Shown here: positions 12,715-24,656 of the stretch, piece after piece
Numbering within the stretch: the first letter of the stretch is position 1
Layout of the letters: each line of letters opens with the position of its first letter
From: Strigamia acuminata
Lineage: Eukaryota
Length of the DNA: 64,000 nt
Assembly: GCA_949358305.1 (NCBI GenBank)
Contig: OX442314.1
Span: forward strand, 21,762,001-21,826,000
Direction of reading: 5' to 3'
Translations under genes and position numbers: made by a program
The notes under the pieces: model-generated
What the model saw: the letters and a program-made list of their open reading frames with translations, nothing else
Told to the model about the DNA's origin: nothing
Databases searched by the model: none

Positions 12715-13255
12715 ATATTGGCCACATCAATATAATCCAATTTCGACAGATAAAACCCTAAACTTTCAGCTGTCAAATCATTGTTGTTTCAGGGTTGCCA
12801 ACAATTTACTGCACAAATGGCGGTTAATTCAAATCTTGCGTTATTTTTGGGACACTCTTTTTAAATATCGATTTTATTTAACTTTAAGTGCTGTGCTTAT
12901 GAAAGGCTGTTTTCCCGGATTGATTCCAAAAGCCTTAACACAAACTGATTGGTACGGATTGACAAAACATTGTTGCTAGCTTGAATAGCATTCTTAACTA
13001 TATCGGAGAGGTTGGAAAATGCTGTAGGGATAAGGAAGTCGATTTTTTAATTGCGTTCACGTTTTCATTATGGAGTTTAATTTGAAATAATTTTATAAAA
13101 CAATATTGAATAAAAAGTTGCTTGTTAAATTATCCGGAGGAAGGTAAAATACATAAATTGAAGTTGTTTAGATTAGATGCTATCGGTTACAAACAGCTGG
13201 CAGAATGGGAAACATTTTGTCTGGTTTTTAGCCCACATCTCATTCGTTTTTAATC

Positions 13256-15045
13256 ATGGTTAAAACAGGAGCAAAATGTTTAGTTTTTCTGACAATTTTA
13301 TATGTGATGTATAAATATCGATTTTATTTAACTTTAAGTGCTGTGCTTATGAAAGGCTGTTTTCCAGGATTGATTCCAAAAGCCTTGACACAAACTGATC
13401 TCGAGCTTGTGGACGAAATGCGATTAGAGACGGTGAGTTTGCTTATACGACTTAATTTAATGCGTTTAAATATTTCGTATTTGTTTTTAACACTAGGACG
13501 GATTGATCAAATATCATGGATACCCAAGTGAAATCCATACGGTTGTAACAACAGATGGTTATGTACTAAAATTATTTCGTATTCCTTTTGGAAAAACGAA
13601 CAAAACCAGAAATGGAATTCCTGTTTTTCTACAACATGGAACCGCCGGCTCGTCATCAGTTTGGACTAGTAGTGGAAAACAAAGTCTAGGTATTATGTTA
13701 CTTATTAATTACCGTAGTCTTGTAGAGAGTTTACAATTTTATTTATATTTAAATTACATAAGCTTTTATTCTTGCCGATGCTGGCTACGATGTTTGGCTT
13801 GGTAACTTTCGAGGAAACAGATACACTAGGCGACATTTGACTTTGAGTGTTGACAGCCCATTGTTTTGGGAAGGAGGGTTTGTTTATTACATTAAAACAT
13901 TTAAAAAATCAGGAATACAGTAATTATAATTGCTATTTGGTTTTTAAAATCACAGAATAGAAACTTATGTTGCTGACTGTACAGCAATGATTCATTTCGT
14001 ACGGTCGAAAACGAAATACGATCAAATACTTGCAATTGGCTTCTCTCTCGGAGCATCAACAATGAGCGCCGCTATAGCAAGTCAGCCGAGATTAGGAGTA
14101 CAGGTATAAATTTGTCGTGTTTATTTGAATTTTACTGTTTGGAATGTGCATTATTGAACAGGTTACAGGTTAAGGGAGCAGTGTTTTTAGCAATTGCCAC
14201 TCATCCACGTTATTTTTCTTCAATTCCGCCAGTCTTACAGGACCTGTGTTATTATTTCCCGGTAAATATATATAATTTAAGGAAAGAAAAAATACTCATA
14301 GATCAGCATTGATAATTACAACACAGGCGGCGTGTCAGTCAATTTTCCACAAATCTTTTCTTCCTCACACTATTTCGGATTATTTTGTTGAAAAATATTG
14401 TACGAGCTCATCATTTGAAATTTGCTTTTGGCTAGTTGGAATAACAGGGGGAATTGATTTTTCAAACCACATTAATCAGGTTAGAAGGGAATAAAGAATG
14501 GAGGGAAATTTGATTTTACTGTATGTTTTTGTTGTTTTATTTAGACACGATTACCAATTCATGTGCGCAACGGGTCGTCTGGAATGTCCATGTTTGTATT
14601 TTACGATTCGGGCAATGTGATTTAAATACACACAACATAAAAGATCGCCACTTATATTGAGTTTATTTTTAGTTAAGACAGGGGGAGGACCGATTCTCGG
14701 GTTACAATTTTGGTAGAAAGAAAAATGTAAAATTATACGGGAAGGTACCTTACTTAATTCTTCTTACAGTGGCGGATTCCATTAAACATATTTTTGTTTC
14801 AGACCAATATTGTAGTTTATGATTTCAGCAAGATTACTATTCCTGTGGCAATATTTCAATGGTTAAACGATGCTTTGGCCACTCCTATGGATGTTGAAAT
14901 ACTTTCACGACAATTACCGAATTTAATTCACAGAGAACTTTCTCCGCGACCAACTGCAACTCATTTAGAGTTCTTTTTAAACGACTCTACTGATGTTTCG
15001 CTTAAAATAGTAATGTTGTTAAATAAAATGTGGCATAATTACTAA
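13256..15045 (+). CDS. Acid lipase, copy 2 (close paralog of copy 1)
   Basis: Same exon structure and high nucleotide similarity to 7475-9241; LQHG, GFSLG, WLNDALA, ATHLEF. Confidence 0.9.
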
Positions 15046-15294
15046 AATCTCTAAACAATCATTAAGTTTAAATTGAATTTTGAGGTCTTGCAGCAGAATT
15101 TGTTTATGTTATACTTTATTAGAAACACCGTAAAATGTGACAGAAAAATGCGTTTTTAATTAATTTCACACATGAAACGAAAAATTAAAAAATTCGGTAC
15201 AAACAACAACATTTTTACACTTACTAGTTTCAGGAGTTGTTTCTTGGTTTATCTAGCTATTGATGAATTTACAAATACTTCAGCTGATTGTGAA

Positions 15295-16156
15295 TTATTC
15301 GGGATGGCTACTTAGATCGAGCACAGCCACCTCTATTTTATTATGTGTTTGGGGTTGGGCAAAAACCGCCTTTTGCTTGGTTTTGTGATTTTGCTTCTGC
15401 GTCATCAACTGAATATCCTTTTTAGCGGTATCTTTCAGGATTGTTGCAGCTTTGTAAACGGTCTGTCGAACTTTCTCGGGAATTTTCGGTGCTTCCATAG
15501 TATAATTTTCAATCAACTTCTGCATCAAGAGATGTGCGATTTGATTGAAACTGAGGCCAACATCTGAAACTAGATTTGCAACAATATCACCAGTTAAAGT
15601 AAGCTTATTGTTGAAATAAGAATCGATCGGTTTTGTTAACTGAGATTTCGTTGGAGTAGAATTTTTGGGTTTCTTTGGAACATATCGAAGTTGATGAATC
15701 TTTAACAAGTGCGAATGAATCTGTTTTGTGTTGAAATCCGTTCGTTTGATGAATTTGTCTTTTGCACCATGAGGACAAAGATTGCATTCAACTGTGAATC
15801 GGTCATTTTTCAAAGGCTTGCAATGATTTAGCCATTTCGTGTAAGTTCCTTTCGCAATTAACTCCATGTCGATCGTTATTCGAAGCTGCGGATGCGCGCC
15901 AGAGGATGAGACGATAGAGACACAATTTGCTAAATATTTATTCTGCTTTTACAACGTGCTTTTATAGCACAAAGAAACGTGAATTTGATATGACAGTTCG
16001 TAGCCGTTACGATACAATAAAGAACGTACAAATCACTTTACGACTCGTATCGTTAATTGTACGTTTTTTATTATATCTCGTGCTGAAATCTCGTTTTGAC
16101 GAGACCGAGATCTCGAAACGAAAAAGACCCGAGATGAGCGAGATCTGAAAGTATAG
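15295..16156 (-). mobile_element. Truncated hAT-like transposon: BED zinc-finger ORF (15867-15295) plus terminal region
   Basis: W...VECNLC...NTKQIHSHLLKIH is a BED-type finger, followed by GLSFNQI. Clustered CGAGA(T/C) subterminal repeats at about 16075-16146. No DDE domain. Confidence 0.7.
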
Positions 16157-16310
16157 TTTATGCAGTTATCCTCGTAATTGGTGAAACTGATCTGACATGT
16201 TAAAATATCAAAATTATAAAATTGTTCCCTTTAATGAAACACCTTATTGTGTAAATAACTTACTTACATTGAGGGACCTTTCATTCGTTTTGTTTAGACA
16301 ATAAGCCTAA

Positions 16311-18075
16311 CTAATTCGAATTCCACATAGATGATAATACTGGCAAAATAGTTTCGACCAACTTCTTTGGTTCCAGAAACAAAAAATCAAGATGCGTTGT
16401 CATTTCTCCTGCCAATTGTTTCCTATATATCAAGTTAGGAAGTTGTCGACATATTATTTCAACATCAAACGGATTTGAAAATGCATCATTTGCCGAATTA
16501 ATAATGGCGACTGGAATTTTAATCTTAGTCAAGTCATATTCCTTTGGAAATGCCTGTATCAAAATTTTAGGAAATACCGAACTATGTAACTTTCATCCAA
16601 GGCTATTATTTTCTCGTTTATATAAGACCTGATTGTAGTTATCAAAGTTTTTCTCCTTGCCGTAGTCATAACCTGTCATTTTATACTTATGTGATCCCTA
16701 TATTTCAGTTGATAATTAATTTCTATTAAACGTTAAAGATGTGATTAGTGTACTTGAACCCAGTGAAATAAAAAGCGGTCAGGAACCGAGTCACTTGTGT
16801 GCACTAAATATATTGGCAGTCTTGTCTGAAAGTGAATGTAAGCTCAAATTATTATCAGAAAAAGTTTGAAAGCAATTTCTGTACTTTATTTCTTGAATTT
16901 GGATTATAGCTGTTCATGTAATGAAACCATTTTTCGCATAAGGCTGAATGTCCAATTGCCGGACACAATCTCAGTAAGAAATCGAATCTAAGATGCTTGG
17001 CTGGAAAACTAGAATCTTTATACAATTGCTTGACAATAATCTGCAAGTACAATATTTGGCGCATTATGTCACAAGGCCAGTAACTACTACAGTATTCTTG
17101 ATTTTACCGGGAATCGTCGGGTTAAAGATTTTAAAATATTAATCGTAACTGAAGATGAATATCTCAAACTACCAACAGGCGCCAGTGCTACAAAACCTTT
17201 AATCTGTAAAAATGAAATTGCAATTAATATAATCGAAAGTAATGCCAATGGATGGTAATCGGTTTACTTTACTTTGTTATTTAATTTTTCATTTATTGAC
17301 AGTGATGCAAATGTAGCGGTTGTGCCCATAGAATATCCAATTGCTAAAATTTGATTAAATCCAGTCACATTTATGATATAATCCACAATTGTTGGTATTT
17401 CGTAAACACTCAGCTTATCCCATCTTGAATTTTGAAATACCATACAGATTAAAATGAACTTGCGGAAACAAAAAAACCTTTACCCTATAATTTCATCTTT
17501 AGTAGCGTCATTGACTATCTTTCGAGTATAAGAGTTATCTCTGAAATTACCCATCCAAACATCATATCCCGCATTTGCAAGTAAAAAACCTAAAAGAATA
17601 CAAGAAACGTGGATATGCAGGTCCACACAGTATCGAAATAATAACTAAAAACTAATTGCAATTACCCCAACTCTCTTCTCCATTGTCGATCCACGTCGTA
17701 GAGCAAATCCAAGCGCCATGTTGTAAATATATTGGAATTCTGCTTTGGGTTTTATTATTATTATTATTTTTACCGCTCGGTATCCTGTGAAGCGTTATTA
17801 TGTAACCATCATCAGTTTGAACTGTGTGGTTTTCTGCAGGATAACCGTATAACTGAATTAAGTGTGTCTAAAAATATGGATAAAAGTTTCATTAAAAAAA
17901 TTAAGTGGGCTTAATTTAGTGTACTCACAGCGTCGAGTAAAGCTTCCTTGGCCATCTTTTGATTAAATTCAGACTGGGATGAAATTGGAGGAAGGATGAA
18001 GTTGTAAAACGTTGTGCGAAAGAAATAGAATGTCAAAAGCGAAATAATAGTGTAGAGTAGAATAGTGTATTTCAT
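16311..18075 (-). CDS. Acid lipase, copy 3
   Basis: Minus-strand exons: [54 protein letters not shown]. Confidence 0.88.
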
Positions 18076-18359
18076 GTTTAGTTGAAACAAAATAAGAAAC
18101 AAAATATTTAAGGATGTAGTCGGTGTTCACTGCTCATTATCAATTGATAACAAAATCAGATGGGAGTACTGAAACAATTTGCGCAGCTGGTGCATTAAAA
18201 ACACATGTGAAGCCTTTTCCTATTTTTATTCGGAAGAATGCAGTTTAGAAAATAAATTAGACACGAGGAAAACATTTCAAAGGATTTCAAAAATATTTAT
18301 TTCTGAGCACCGAAAGAGTCGTTTGATTTGTTTCCATTACATTTTCCACTACAATCATC

Positions 18360-20201
18360 CTAATTCCACATAGTTGATAATACTGGCAAAATGGTATTGA
18401 CCAATTTCTTTGGTTCGTCAAAAAAAACGCCCATATGCGTTGTCATTTCGTCTGCCAGTAGTTTTCTATATATCAAGTTGGGAAGCTTTCGACATAGTAG
18501 TTCAACGTCAAATAGATTTGATAACCCATCATTTGCTGCATATACAACTGCTACTGGCATTTGAATTTTTGTCAAGTCGTATTCTGTTGGAATTGCCTGT
18601 ATGTAAAATTTAAAGAAAAGTTTAGTAATTGCATTAGAAAAGTCGGTTTAAAATTGTTTTGTTGTTTAAAATGCTATGCCCATTTCAACTAAAAGCAGAG
18701 TAATTCGGCCGCCATTTTTTAAGTTAGTCTAAAATCCTATTTGTAGTTTATTACCTGCTTATAGTTATTAATGTTCTCTTCCCTGCCATAATCATAACCA
18801 ATCATTTTATTTTTTGATGCCGCCTGAAAATAATAACATAAGAATTATATTTGATTTTCTTTGGAAAAGATTAAAAATTAGCATACTTGAAACCAATGTG
18901 GAACGAATAAGTCAGGAAGTGAATCAATTATATGGACAGCATGTATGGGCAGTCTTGTCTACAAATTAAATGTAAAATCAAATTAAACAATTTTTAGGAG
19001 CAAATTGTTTACTTGATTAATTGAATTTGGATTGTAACCGATGGTGAATTGAAGCCATAGTGCACACATGTAGGGATTTTCGATTGCTGGACACATTCTC
19101 AGTATCAAATCGGTTCTAAAGTTTCTAAAGTTTCTGGCTAGTGAATGACCATATTTATACAATGCGCTGGCAATACTCTGTAAACAATGTAGAGTTTGGA
19201 ACAAGATATGTACACACAGGTACCAATTTTTACCCCAAAATGTTCAAACATAAATTTTAAAAGCCTAAAGGAAACAGAGCTGGAATATTTGACGTTGCAA
19301 ACCGGAGTTAGTGCTACAAAACCTTTTATCTAGAAGCAAGTAAAATAGATATTTAAATCACAAAGCGATATACAACACGACTTTACTTTGTTATTTAGTT
19401 CCTTATTTACTGATAGTGCTGCAAATATTGCAGTTGTGCCCATGGAATGGCCAATTGCTAAAATTTGATTGTATCCAGTCACTTTTAAAATGTAATCCAC
19501 AATTGTGGGTACTTCATGAATACTTAATTTATCCCATCTAGAATACAATAATACGGTACACTGGTAAACATAACAGTAATAAAGTGGTTATAATTACCCT
19601 ATAACTTCATCTGTAGTACGATCGTGAAATAACTTTCGAGTATAAGAGTTATTTCTAAAATTACCCATCCAAACATCATATCCCGCATCAGCAAGTAAAA
19701 AACCTAAAACAATACACAATAAGCTTATGTAAGAGCACATTCGTGAGCAAATAAATAGAGATGTATTTATTATTACCCCAACTATCTTCTCTATTGTCGA
19801 CCCATGTTGAAGAGCAAACAAAGGCTCCATGTTGTAAATATATTGGAATTCTCCGTCGGGTTTTATTGCTATCGTTTTTACCTCTCGGGATTCTGTGAAG
19901 TGTGATTAAGAAACCATCATCAGTAACAACTGTGTGGTTTTCTGCAGGATAACCATATAACTGAATTAAGTGTGTCTGAAAGTGGATAATATTTTAATCC
20001 AAGAGTATATACACTGGTTAAATTTAGTTTACTCACGGCGTCCAGTAAAGCTTCCTTTGCCATTAATTGGCTGATTTCAGAGTGGCTTGAAACTGGAGGA
20101 AGGATGAAATCATAAAGCAGTATGGCAATTTTACCATGAAATGTGTATAAAGTTAAAAGCATAGTAATTATGAAAAATATCAAACGGCCTGTGAATTGCA
20201 T
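18360..20201 (-). CDS. Acid lipase, copy 4
   Basis: Exons: [37 protein letters not shown]. The splice sites checked keep the frame. Confidence 0.88.
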
Positions 20202-20574
20202 TTTTGTTTGGTAGTACGTTGTTCGCACCAGAATATTTGAACTGGCCTAACATTTAAATTGAATTGCAGCTGCTTCTTACAAGAGAAAATGATGTAATAA
20301 ATTATTTGCTTATTATTTTCCTTTTGATGGAATTGCTGATTACGAATCAAAGTATATCGATTGAAATTGCTGAGTAATTAATACAAATGTTTTTAATTCA
20401 GCTATCTCAGAAATTTGATAGTATCAACAGCAGAAATTGGCTTATTTTCGGAGCTATATTTTACAATAAATACTGCAAGTATTAGCATGGGTATTCGGAG
20501 TTTTTGGCGTAGAACTAAGTCTTTCTCTGCACTAGGCGAGAAAACAGATGGGCTGCAACAATCGACGTAGAGAA

Positions 20575-20880
20575 CGGAAATTCGACTATATCTGAACATG
20601 TGGATAAAAGTTTAATATTAAAGTCTCCCTGGGCTTAATTTAATTAATGTACAAATGCATCTTACACTGTAATTTTTAGCTACTGCTTCAAACTAATTTT
20701 TTTAATAAGAAATAATATATTTTAAGATGTAATCGGTGCTCATTGATCATTCATCATCAATTGATATAGCATGGGAGTACTGAAACAATTTGCACAGCTG
20801 GTGTACACTTGTGAAAACCTTTTGTAATTTTAAACACAAGGAAAAGTTTTTTACATAATTTGAAAAACATTTATTTTGGA
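20575..20880 (-). pseudogene. Decayed 5' remnant of a further lipase duplicate
   Basis: Similar to 17870-18300 (TGGATAAAAGTTT, GGGCTTAATTTA, ATGGGAGTACTGAAACAATTTGC), with most of exon 1 deleted. Confidence 0.65.
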
Positions 20881-21705
20881 CCGGATAATTTGTGATGATC
20901 TCGATTATTTTGGAAATAAATGTATTATCTATCCCCACTTAGAAATATTTAGTACTTTTAATTACTCTGGTTTGGCATGCACCAAACCAGCCTCCTGACT
21001 TTGGCACATCTCACCCCAATTTGGCTGGGGTGAGCTACAAATTAACTATTTTGGTGCAATAATTCCTTTGTTGCACCAAAATACGCTCATTGTGCATATC
21101 TGCTGCAGATATGAAGTGTGCTGGGCTCAAATTTAGAGTTTTGGCACATTCTTGAATTCACAAACAAACATATACAACACATCTTGCCATTGCTCTGCCA
21201 AAATTGCAAGTATTGCCCGTGTTACGTTTGTTATGATTTGAGACATCTTGCTATCCTTGCTAAGTCAGCAAAGCCAGCGCTTTCGCCGTGTGTATCAACA
21301 CAAGTTGATACATGCACTTTTGTGATTTCCCTGTAATCTCTGCTTGGGAAGCAGAGCTCTTACTCGTCGCTGCTGCCATCGAGGACCACCATGAGCGTCT
21401 CCGGAGTCCACCATCTCCGCCACCCGAGTGAGTGAGTACGAGAGGTTCAAGACGACGTTACCGCCATTTTCCATTGTTCATTCCTCATTATTAGTTTAGT
21501 TCATTAATATTAGTCATTATTATTATCATTCATTGTATTTATTTATTTATTTTAACCCCTAGACAACCACCAACTATTCTTTTAGGACTAAAGTCTATTA
21601 AATTAGCATCCAAACTGTGAGTTATTAACCCAGATCACAGCGAATTGTTCAATTAATTCAGGGCATCGAATGAATCGTTCCGTTTGTTTGTATTACAATG
21701 CAATC

Positions 21706-23570
21706 CTAATTCCACATAGCTGACAATACTGGCAAAATGGTATTAACCAATTTCTGGGGTTCGTGAAACAAAATATCAGTATGCGTTGCCATTGTATCTT
21801 GAAGTAGTTTCTTAAACATCAAGTTGGGAAGCTGTCGACATAGCAGTTCAACGTCAAATACATTAGATAAAGCATCATTTGCTGAATATAAAACTGCCAC
21901 TGGGATTTGTATTTTCGTCAGGTTGTATTCTGTTGGAATTTCCTGCATACATGAAATTTAAAGAAAAATTCAGTAACTGCATTCAAAAAGTTGATTTAGA
22001 TTGCAGTGAAATATGTTTTGTTGTTAAAAACGACTGAAACCAGAGTAAATCACTGCCATTTTTTAAGTTAGTCCAGCAGTTTGAAAATTCGCAAAGACTT
22101 TTTGGTAGTTTATTACCTGCTTATAGTTCTTAATGTTTTCTTCCCTGCCGTAATCATAACCAATCATTTTATTTTTTAATCCTGCCTGTAAATAATAACA
22201 TGAGAATTACGTTTGATTTTCTTTGAAAAAGATTAAAAATTAGCATACTTGAAACCAATGTGGAACGAATAAGTCAGGAAATGAATCTAATCCATGGACA
22301 GCATATATGAGCAGTCTTGTCTACAAATTAAATGCAAAAGCAAATTAAACAATTATTATATGCAAATTGTGTACTTGGTTCAATGAATTTGGATTGTAGC
22401 CGATGCCAGAGTAATAAAATACTTTACAAATGTAAAGGTTTCTGCTTGCTGCACACATTCTCAGTAGTAAATCAGTTCTAAAATTTTTGGGTAGTAAATT
22501 ACCACGTTTATACAATGCTTTGGCAAAATTCTGTAAACAATGTAGAAATTTATTGTATAATTTATGCCCATACGGATGCTGCTATGAATTTTGTTTCACC
22601 CCAAAATGTTGAAACATAAAATTTAAACTTCTAAAGAAAATTGTGCTGGAATATCTAATAATGCAAACTGGACTTAATGCCACAAAACCTTTTATCTATA
22701 AGCAGTCAAAATTGTTATTTAAATCACAAACTGATATACAACAGGTTTACACCATTTTACTTTGCTATTTAGTTCCTTATTTACTGATAGTGCTGCAAAT
22801 ATTGCAGTTGTGCCCATGGAATGCCCAATTGCTAAAATTTGATTGTATCCAGTCACTTTTAAAATATAATCCACAATTGTGGGTACTTCATGAATACTCA
22901 ATTTATCCCATCTAGAATATAATAATACGGTACATTGGTAAACATAACAGTAATAAAGTGGTTATAATTACCCCATAACCCCATCTGTATTACGATCGGG
23001 AAATAACTTTCGAGTATAAGAGTTATTTCTAAAATTACCCATCCAAACATCATATCCCGCATCAGCAAGTAAAAAACCTAAAACAATACACCATATGTAT
23101 TAAGAGTACATTAGTGAGCAAATAACTAAAAACGTATTTATTATTACCCCAACTCTTTTCTCCACTGTCGACCCATGTTGAAGAGCAACCAAAGGCTCCA
23201 TGTTGTAAATATATTGGAATTCTGCTTCGGGTTTTATTATTATCGTTTTTACCTCTCGGGATTCTGTGAAGTGTGATTAAGTAACCATCATCAGTAACAA
23301 CTGTGTGGTTTTCTGCAGGATAACCATACAACTGAATTAAGAGTGTCTAAAATTGGATAAAATTTTAATACAAAAGTATACACTGGTTAAATTTAGTTTA
23401 CTCACGGCGTCCAATAACGCTTCCTTGGCTATTATTTGATCAATTTCAGACTGAGTTGAAATAGGAGGAAGGATGAAATCATAAAGCATTTTTGCAACGT
23501 TACCACGAGATACGTAGAAAGCTAAAAGCACAGTTAGCATAAAAAATCCCAAATGGCGCGTAAATTGCAT
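21706..23570 (-). CDS. Acid lipase, copy 5 (alternative upstream ATG at 23624)
   Basis: [51 protein letters not shown]; close paralog of copy 4. Confidence 0.88.
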
Positions 23571-24656
23571 GTTTGTTTGGTAATAGCTTGTTTGGTAACA
23601 CCGGAATGTTTGAGCTCTTACCATTTGAATTAAATGGAAAACGAGAGTAAATTCAATTCAAAATATAATGTGTTATGGCACAGGTGTTTAAAAAATTTGA
23701 TACTATCAACAGCAGAAATAAGCTTATTTTCTATGCTATTTATTCTCCGTAAATACATAAATTCTCCTTACATAACAAATCTATTAAAGTGTGTTGATAA
23801 AGATAAATGATGGATCTTGAATCAGTAATAATCACCTCGTAACATTTATTCTGCCTACATTTTGCTTACTAGCAGACGACACAAATTCGATTGTAACTTA
23901 GTGACTAGTAACAACAACGATTTCCATCTAGTGACACAGTTTTAATTACATACTGCTTTAACAAAGTTATCTCTTGGGATGTCTCATCTGACTTGTGAGT
24001 ATCGTGGAAGTCCTATCTAGTGTATATCCCTAAATCTGCCCATAGACATCTTGGGCATCCCAATGAGCACAGGATTGCGACACAGTATGTCCTTGCCGTC
24101 CATCAACCTTCCCATTTCTTTCTTAATTACTAAAAACCTTAAATTACTGCTTTCATTTCGACATTATAGAGATTTTTAAGTTTTCAAAACTACTTGTATA
24201 CATTGAATGACAGAAGTTTATTCATTTGCTTGAATTGCAATCCTAATTCCACTTGCAATGTCGAAAATCAATTAAAATTGAACTTGAACCTTTGTAAAAA
24301 CGCGTGAAGTTTAGACGCGTATATGTGAACTTATAGCTTTACAGCAACACCAGACTCGGTGCGCAGTATACACAAATGATATATGGTTTCCTGTGATATC
24401 GGAACAGGGTGTTGTAAAATAAATAAAATAAAACAAATAAATAAATTTGTTTGTCTATTTTCGGACTTTATTTTAACGCAATCAGCACTACTCTAGGTTT
24501 AATGCAACTTCGTAATACTTCAGTTGATTTGTTGTAGCTCGGTTTGTAGCCTCAGCAACAACCAGATAAATTTAATAGAGAGAGCCCAAAATTTGATAGT
24601 TGACGGCGCCACTTGTGTGGATTCCCAAGTGACATTAATTGTTCAGTTCAAACCCA

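Larger units (their letters stand above)
10183..13065 (+). pseudogene. Decayed duplicate of the 3' exon of the THAP/P-transposase gene, in three pieces (about 10183-10512, 11223-11410, 12950-13065)
   Basis: Nucleotide similarity to about 6360-6794, 6787-6990 and 7143-7275 (e.g. AATCTGATAAGGGAAATT, TGTTGCTAGCTTGAATAGCATT), with frameshifts and TE interruptions. Confidence 0.85.
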
